Below, in pieces: positions 58,087 through 64,000 of a DNA stretch of 64,000 nt. The notes under the pieces are model-generated. The model was not told the DNA's origin, searched no databases, and saw only the letters and a list, made by a program, of their open reading frames with translations. The DNA lies in the NCBI GenBank assembly GCA_963717145.1, contig OY970325.1:2848001-2912000 (forward strand), written 5' to 3'. A program made the position numbers and the translations under genes. Position 1 is the first letter of the stretch. Each line of letters starts with the position of its first letter. The DNA is from an uncultured Armatimonadetes bacterium. Its GTDB lineage: Bacteria; Armatimonadota; UBA5829; DTJY01.

Positions 58087-59188
58087 TCGGGTATTGCGAT
58101 ATCCCGAGCAGGATGCCCACGATCATCAGGTTGAGCGCCAGTGACGATCCTCCATAACTGATGAACGGCAGCGGCACACCCGTCGCCGGGACGCTCGATG
58201 TCACCACCAGCATGTTCAAGAGCGCCTGGCCTGCGATCAGGCAGGTGATGCCGGTTGCCAGAAACTTGCCGAAGTTGTCTTTCGTCTTCTTCGCAATCTT
58301 GAACCCTCTGATTGCGAACAGCAGAAAGAGCGTCGCGAGCCCGACCGTACCGATCAGACCCGCCTCCTCGCCGAGTACGGCGAGTATGAAATCGGTGTGC
58401 TCAGCGGGGAGGTAGAAGATCTTCTCTCGTCCCTCGCAGAGTCCCACACCCAACGGCCCGCCGGATCCGAGGGCAATCAGCGATCGGCAGATCTGATAGC
58501 CGTTTCCACTGTAGTCGGCAAACGGGTTCAGGAACGCCATCAGTCTCGCGACCCGGTAAGGCTCTATCGCGATCAGGACTGCACCCAGGACTACCGCTGT
58601 GGCGATTATAAGCGTCATGTGACTTCTGCGCGCGCCGGCCACGTAGATGAGAATAATGCCCGCGGCGCAGGTTATGATAGTCGTGCCCATGTCCGGCTCA
58701 GCCATGACGAGTGCGGCGATAACGCCGATCGGAGCCAATACCGGGGCCAATCCGGACCAGAAATCCCTGATATCGATCTTGGTGCCGGACAGCCGATGTG
58801 CCAGGTACAGAACGAGCGCGAGCTTCGCAAACTCGGACGGCTGGATGTTGAACATCCCATTGCCGATCCATCTCGTCGCACCGTTGACGTTCCTGCCCAC
58901 TCCCGGAACGAAAACCGCGCCGAGACCGATGATTCCCAGCAGAAGGAGGATCCCTGTATACGGCTTCAGCCGCCAGAACGGTACCCGCTGGGCGAGGAAC
59001 ATCGCGATCAGCCCGATCACGGCGAAGACCGCCTGTCGCTTCACGAAGTAGTAGCTGTCTCCACCGGTGAACCGTGCCTGACCCGCGCGCGCATAGCTGG
59101 CGTCGAACACCATGAAGATGCCGATCACCAACAGCGCGATTGTGATCCCAAAAAGCCAGATATCGGGAGACCGCTTGTTACCTGTCAC
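58019..59188 (-). CDS. ftsW: SEDS peptidoglycan polymerase FtsW
   Basis: NGATRW, QPSE, PD.GT, HTDFI, GEE.G, P.TG..LPFISYGGSS. Confidence 0.95.
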   Translation of the reverse strand: MTGNKRSPDIWLFGITIALLVIGIFMVFDASYARAGQARFTGGDSYYFVKRQAVFAVIGLIAMFLAQRVPFWRLKPYTGILLLLGIIGLGAVFVPGVGRNVNGATRWIGNGMFNIQPSEFAKLALVLYLAHRLSGTKIDIRDFWSGLAPVLAPIGVIAALVMAEPDMGTTIITCAAGIILIYVAGARRSHMTLIIATAVVLGAVLIAIEPYRVARLMAFLNPFADYSGNGYQICRSLIALGSGGPLGVGLCEGREKIFYLPAEHTDFILAVLGEEAGLIGTVGLATLFLLFAIRGFKIAKKTKDNFGKFLATGITCLIAGQALLNMLVVTSSVPATGVPLPFISYGGSSLALNLMIVGILLGISQYPNGGEDEDRPYRRRNRGSRLSGY

Positions 59189-59191
59189 CGA

Positions 59192-60594
59192 TCAGACCCC
59201 CACTCGCGCGGCCAAGCCCCTTACCGCGTCCTTGAAGACACGGCCCCGGTGCTCGAAATCATCGAACATATCGAAACTGGCGCACCCCGGCGACAACACG
59301 ACCGTATCGCCGAATTCGGCATGCTTCCATGCCTCTTCCACCGCCGTCTCCATCGTCGCGGCATTGCTGATCCTGCTGAAACCGGCCTCGCGGGCCGCCT
59401 TCTCGATCAAGGGCGCATCCTTGCCGATCAGGACGACGTGCTTCGCGTACCGGACGAATGCCTCGCCAAGCAGCCGATAGTCAGCGCCTTTATCCTTACC
59501 GCCGGCGATCACGATCGCCGGCCTTCCGATAGCCTCCAGCGAACTGACTGAGGCCCGCACGTTCGTACACATCGAGTTGTTCAGGAACTCGATGCCCTGA
59601 ACCATCGCGACCGGCTCCAATCTGTGCTCGGGTGGCTCGATTGTGTCCACCGCCTCCTGGACGGCGTGGCGACTCGCGCCGAATGCGATCGCCGCCGCCG
59701 AAGCCGCGAGGACGTTCTCCAGGTTGTGCCGCCCACGGAGCTTCATGTTGGCCGTGTCGCAGACGAACGACTCGCCCTCCGGAGTGCGAATCCACACCTC
59801 AGTCCCGCGGGCGAACGCGCCAACTTCGACCTCGTGCGTGCCACTGAACTGCCAGACCTGGCTCTGGATTCCGGGAGCGAACTTCATGACGACCGGATCG
59901 TCGGCGTTGAGTATCGCGTAATCGGCCGGCTGCTGGAACTCGAAGAGCCGCGCCTTGGTCGCCGCATACGACTCGATATCGGGGTGGCGGTCGAGATGAT
60001 CCTCGGTCACGTTGAGGAGCGCCGCGACCCTCGGGCGGAAGGAGGTCACCCATTCGAGCTGGAAGGAGCTGATCTCGGCCACTATCACGTCAGACGCCGA
60101 TGCCCGATACGCCGCGCGAACGAGCGGTAGTCGCGTCTCGCCCGCCACGATGTTCCCGGCGACGTAGGTGTGCCGCCCGTCGGCCTTCATGATCTCGCCG
60201 ACGAGCGCGGTCGTGGTCGTCTTGCCGTTTGTGCCGGTGATGGCGATGATCGGCGCGGGCGAGATCCGATATGCCAGCTCGATCTCGGAGAAGACCGGAA
60301 CGCCGTGCTGCCGAGCCGTGACAAGGCCGGGACACGTCTCGGGGACTCCCGGGCTGGTGACGACGACATCGGCGCCGAGATGCCCTCATATGCCTCGTCG
60401 CCAACACGAGTCGCGAGTCCCAGTTCGACTGCCCGCTTCATCGCGTCGGTCAGTGCGCCTGCTTCCTTTCGGTCGTGCATGGTGACCTGCGCACCGAGAG
60501 CGGTCAGGACCTCAGCGGCGGCCAGTCCGGACCTGGCCATCCCAATGATGTGCGCCCTCTTGCCATAGAAATCCGTCTGTTTGTCTAACGCCAT
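59192..60594 (-). CDS. murD: UDP-MurNAc-L-Ala--D-Glu ligase, apparent 1-nt deletion at ~60379
   Basis: GMARSG N-terminus; after the shift SPGVP...SEIELA...ITGTNGKTTT, EISSFQL, HLDRH, LSPGCASFD. Confidence 0.93.
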
Positions 60595-61559
60595 AGATCA
60601 AGCACCCCCGCGTAGTTGAGGACCGCAACTGCCAGCAGTCCTCCGATCAACCAGAATCTGACCACTATCTTCTGCTCGGGCCATCCCACCAACTCGAAAT
60701 GATGGTGGATCGGCGTCATCTTGAAGATGCGCTTGCCCGTTAGCTTGAATGACGCCACCTGGAGCATCACCGACAGTCCCTCGATGACGAACACGAGCGC
60801 AAGGACCAGGTACAGCAACTCCATCTTGCCCGCAACCGCGATCCCCGCGGTCGCTGCCCCGAGCGCCAATGAGCCGGTATCGCCCATGAAGACCTTCGCC
60901 GGATTCGAGTTGTACCACAGGAATCCGAGGCACCCACCTGCGATCGCCCACGAGAGCACCCCGAGGCTGCCCACGCCGGGCAGGAAGATCAACATCGCAC
61001 CGAGGGCGAGACACAGGATCAGAGAGAGCCCGCCCACCAGACCATCGAGTCCGTCCGCAAGGTTGAACGCATTCGACATCCAGACCACGCCCAGGACCGC
61101 GAGCGGGTAATACGCCCACCCCAGGTCCCAGAACTCAGGCCGTCCAAAATGTAGTACGGTCGTCGCCGGCGTTCGGTTACTGTACACCCACCACATGAAC
61201 AGCGCGGCGATGACGAACTGCCCGACAAGCTTCTGCCTCGCCTTAAGCCCGAGGGACTTGCCTCTCAACGCGATCAGGTAATCGTCCAGGAAGCCCAATG
61301 CCATCATCGCCAGAGTGAGCAGGATCACCGCTGTCACCCGGCTGTGTCCCACGCGGGCAAAGGCCAGCCCGACCGCCGCCCCCAGGAAGATGATGAATCC
61401 GCCCATGGTCGGCGTCCCCTGCTTGGCTCGGTGTCGCTCCGGAACGTCCTCGCTGATCGTCTGGCGAACCTTCAGCCGCGCCAGCATCCGGATGAGCACC
61501 GGCCCGACCAAGAGTGAGACGATCGACGCGACTATGAATGCGATCGCCGCCTCATACAC
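60585..61559 (-). CDS. mraY: phospho-MurNAc-pentapeptide transferase
   Basis: KQGTPTMGG, DGLDGL, FMGDTGS, PIHHHFE. Confidence 0.97.
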   Translation of the reverse strand: MYEAAIAFIVASIVSLLVGPVLIRMLARLKVRQTISEDVPERHRAKQGTPTMGGFIIFLGAAVGLAFARVGHSRVTAVILLTLAMMALGFLDDYLIALRGKSLGLKARQKLVGQFVIAALFMWWVYSNRTPATTVLHFGRPEFWDLGWAYYPLAVLGVVWMSNAFNLADGLDGLVGGLSLILCLALGAMLIFLPGVGSLGVLSWAIAGGCLGFLWYNSNPAKVFMGDTGSLALGAATAGIAVAGKMELLYLVLALVFVIEGLSVMLQVASFKLTGKRIFKMTPIHHHFELVGWPEQKIVVRFWLIGGLLAVAVLNYAGVLDLWR

Positions 61560-62937
61560 TTAGCAGAATCCTCACGATCTCTTCCATTCTCATCGCGCGA
61601 GAGCCCTTGACCAGCACCGCGTCACCGCTCTTGACCTGAGACTTGAGGCCGGCGGCGGCCGACAAGCCATCGGGATACCACTCGATGTTCTCCTCCGGGT
61701 AGCCGGCGCTCTTCGCGCCTTCCACAATGTCAGCGGCGAGTTCGCCCACCGCCACGAGCTTGTCCACTCCGCTCCTCGCAACCGTCGACCCGATATCCCT
61801 GTGCGCCTTCGGCGCGTAGTCACCCAGTTCGAGCATGTTTCCCAGAACGACGATTTTCCGGTCGTAGCCGGCAAGGGCCTGCAGAGTCTTCAGGGCCGCA
61901 CATACCGAGGCGGGACTCGCGTTGTATGCATCATTCAGCACGGTGAAGCCCTGCCTCGATCTGATCAATTCCATGCGCATCGAAGGCTGAGTGAAGTTCT
62001 CGAGTCCATCCTTGACCGTGGAGAGGTCGACTCCCATGCCGATGGCTACTGCTGCGGCCGCCAGCGCATTGAACACATTGTAGTTGCCGATCACCGGCAA
62101 GGAAACCTTGATCGTTGCGCCTTCCTTCATGATCGCGCAAGTCCAGCGCCCTTCCTTCGACTGCTTGATCCGCGCGCCGACTATGTCCGCGTCCTGCGAC
62201 GATCCAAAGCTGATCACCCGTCCGCCAAAGCGGTCTCTCATCACGGTGAAGTATCCGTCCTCCGCGTTCAGGATCGCGAGACCGTCGGGTGGAAGCTCCT
62301 GCAACAACTCCGATTTCGCTTCGGCGATCGCCCCCTGTGAGCCCAAGCGCTCGATGTGCGAGATGCCAATGTTCGTTATCACGCCGATCTCCGGCTTGGC
62401 GATCTGAGCGAGTCGGCGTATCTCTCCTATGCCTCGCATCGCCATCTCGAGCACGGCCACCTCATGGCTCGGTTGTAACTGGAAGAGCGTCAGGGGAACC
62501 CCGATCTCGTTGTTGTAGTTCATCTCATTCTTGAGCACTCGCCACTTGCGCTCGAGGATGGCCGACAGCATCTCCTTCGTGGTCGTCTTGCCAACGCTTC
62601 CCGTGATGCCTATCACCCGGACATCGAACTTCGAACGGTAGTAGGCCGCCAGGTCACCGAGCGACCAGAGCACGTCCTGCACCTTGACCACCGGCTTGTC
62701 GAGGCCAGTGGGGACCGCTGACTCATCCGAGACGATCAGTCCGCCCGCGCCGGCCTCGAGCGCGGTGACGATGAACCTGTGCCCGTCGGAGTTCTCTCCC
62801 TTGAGAGCGAAGAACAGATCGCCTGCTTGCAGAGTGCGAGTATCTATGCTGACTCCGGTGATCGCGGAATCCATATCTCCGGCGATCAGCGCGCCGTCCA
62901 CGGCTTGCGTAACTTCTGCAAGTGTCAGCTTTTCCAA
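61552..62937 (-). CDS. murF: UDP-MurNAc-tripeptide--D-Ala-D-Ala ligase
   Basis: ITGSVGKTTTKE, NNEIGVP, NDAYNASP, VKGSR. Confidence 0.96.
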   Translation of the reverse strand: MEKLTLAEVTQAVDGALIAGDMDSAITGVSIDTRTLQAGDLFFALKGENSDGHRFIVTALEAGAGGLIVSDESAVPTGLDKPVVKVQDVLWSLGDLAAYYRSKFDVRVIGITGSVGKTTTKEMLSAILERKWRVLKNEMNYNNEIGVPLTLFQLQPSHEVAVLEMAMRGIGEIRRLAQIAKPEIGVITNIGISHIERLGSQGAIAEAKSELLQELPPDGLAILNAEDGYFTVMRDRFGGRVISFGSSQDADIVGARIKQSKEGRWTCAIMKEGATIKVSLPVIGNYNVFNALAAAAVAIGMGVDLSTVKDGLENFTQPSMRMELIRSRQGFTVLNDAYNASPASVCAALKTLQALAGYDRKIVVLGNMLELGDYAPKAHRDIGSTVARSGVDKLVAVGELAADIVEGAKSAGYPEENIEWYPDGLSAAAGLKSQVKSGDAVLVKGSRAMRMEEIVRILLSV

Positions 62938-62953
62938 GTGTTCCTCAATCGTT

Positions 62954-63068
62954 TGTAGTGGCCGTGCCTCAGTGCCGGCCATACACCCTCGCTGGCCGGC
63001 ACTGAGGCACGGCCACTACATCAAACACTACATCCGCCTGCTGGCCGGCACCGAGGCACGACCACTAC
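62954..63068. repeat. GTAG-type REP cluster
   Basis: TGTAGTGGCCGTGCCTCAGTGCCGGCC with perfect inverted copy 62994-63020 and a third copy; also at 53834-53860. Confidence 0.85.
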
Positions 63069-64000
63069 GGTTTGCAGCCCAGCATTTCACGGACGACTTC
63101 ACGGTCGTCGAAATGGATCGTTCGATCCTTGAATATCTGGTACGTCTCGTGCCCCTTGCCGGCGATGACTACGATATCTCCCGCCGATGCCGCTTCCAGG
63201 GCGCGTCCGATCGCATCACGCCGGTCCGCAACCACTTCGACCGACGCCCTTCGGCTGCCGTTGATCCCGGTGAGCACCTCATCGATGATCGCTTGCGGCT
63301 CTTCGGTCCGCGGGTTGTCTGAAGTGACAATGCACACGTCAGCCAACTCGGATGCGATGCGGCCCATGATCGGCCTCTTCGCGCGATCTCTGTCGCCACC
63401 GCAGCCGAAAACCACCAGCAGCCGGTTTCCCGCGATCTCCCTGGCCGAGCGAAGGACGTTCTCCAGGCCATCCGGAGTATGGGCGTAGTCCACGATCACC
63501 GCGAAGTCCTGCGCGCAGTCGACCGATTCGAACCTGCCTGAAACCGCCGGAACCGCCTCGAGTCCCGCTCTGATCTCATCAATGTTCAGGCCGAGCGCCA
63601 CCCCGACTCCGATCGCAGCGAGGGAATTGTACACATTGAAGAGACCGCCGAGCCTCATTTGGACGTCGAACTCACCCGCCGGGCAGACCGCGTGGAACTC
63701 GATTCCCCGCGCGGTGGCATTGATCCCCGAGGCGCGGATGTCGGCCGGTCCGCGGACACCATATGTCAGCGCCTTGCCGGCGGTCGCATGTACGACCCGC
63801 TCGCCATAGGGATCGTCGATGTTCACGACACTGGTGAATGGCTTGTCGGAGGACTTCGGGTACTCACGGAAGAGCTTCAGCTTGGTGTCGAAGTACTCGT
63901 CCATGGTCTTGTGGAAATCCAGATGGTCCTGCGTCAGATTGGTGAAAACGCCGATATCGAACTCGCATCCGACCGTGCGCTGCATGTACAGCGCGTGCGA
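63065..64000 (-). CDS. murE: UDP-MurNAc-dipeptide--meso-DAP ligase, 5' part outside window
   Basis: FTNLTQDHLD, VDYAHTPD, DNPR, AGKGHE. Confidence 0.96.
   Translation of the reverse strand, partial: SHALYMQRTVGCEFDIGVFTNLTQDHLDFHKTMDEYFDTKLKLFREYPKSSDKPFTSVVNIDDPYGERVVHATAGKALTYGVRGPADIRASGINATARGIEFHAVCPAGEFDVQMRLGGLFNVYNSLAAIGVGVALGLNIDEIRAGLEAVPAVSGRFESVDCAQDFAVIVDYAHTPDGLENVLRSAREIAGNRLLVVFGCGGDRDRAKRPIMGRIASELADVCIVTSDNPRTEEPQAIIDEVLTGINGSRRASVEVVADRRDAIGRALEAASAGDIVVIAGKGHETYQIFKDRTIHFDDREVVREMLGCKP

Noticed and set aside
60187-60594. murD pseudogene or programmed frameshift
   Set aside because: Essential gene, one base restores it, no slippery site, and similar errors occur elsewhere in the window

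Overview
GC-rich bacterial chromosomal segment, probably Armatimonadota (inferred from the Firmicutes-like dcw order ftsQ-DUF881-sbp-ftsA-ftsZ and a recurrent secreted-protein module). Contents from left to right: (1) 1-17 kb, secreted or surface hydrolases (S8 protease, two metallophosphoesterases, beta-propeller and GH10-like glycosidases), a MATE pump and a Gfo/Idh/MocA oxidoreductase. (2) 18-30 kb, an accessory defence-like island: orphan BrxA-like gene, NlpC/P60, a type III R-M mod/res pair flanked by apparent type I R-M remnants, a DUF4268 nuclease-like gene, an HTH-less ImmA/IrrE peptidase plus PIN-like gene pair, a palindrome followed by a 22-bp-period tandem array, and a helical/FN3-like protein behind a highly structured leader. 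(3) 30-39 kb, a four-subunit 2-oxoacid:ferredoxin oxidoreductase and a b6f-type Rieske/cytochrome b complex with a nonaheme cytochrome c. (4) 39-50 kb, recN, nadK, a GH39-like gene, MFS, TolB-like, STAS and radical SAM genes. (5) 50-64 kb, the dcw cluster (murE to ftsZ). Intergenic regions carry many families of palindromic and short tandem repeats, and two palindromes sit in frame inside protein genes. Four single-base frameshifts, one in the essential murD, are probably sequencing errors. I saw no rRNA, tRNA, CRISPR array, integrase or transposase. All family calls come from recognising motifs by eye, not from database searches.
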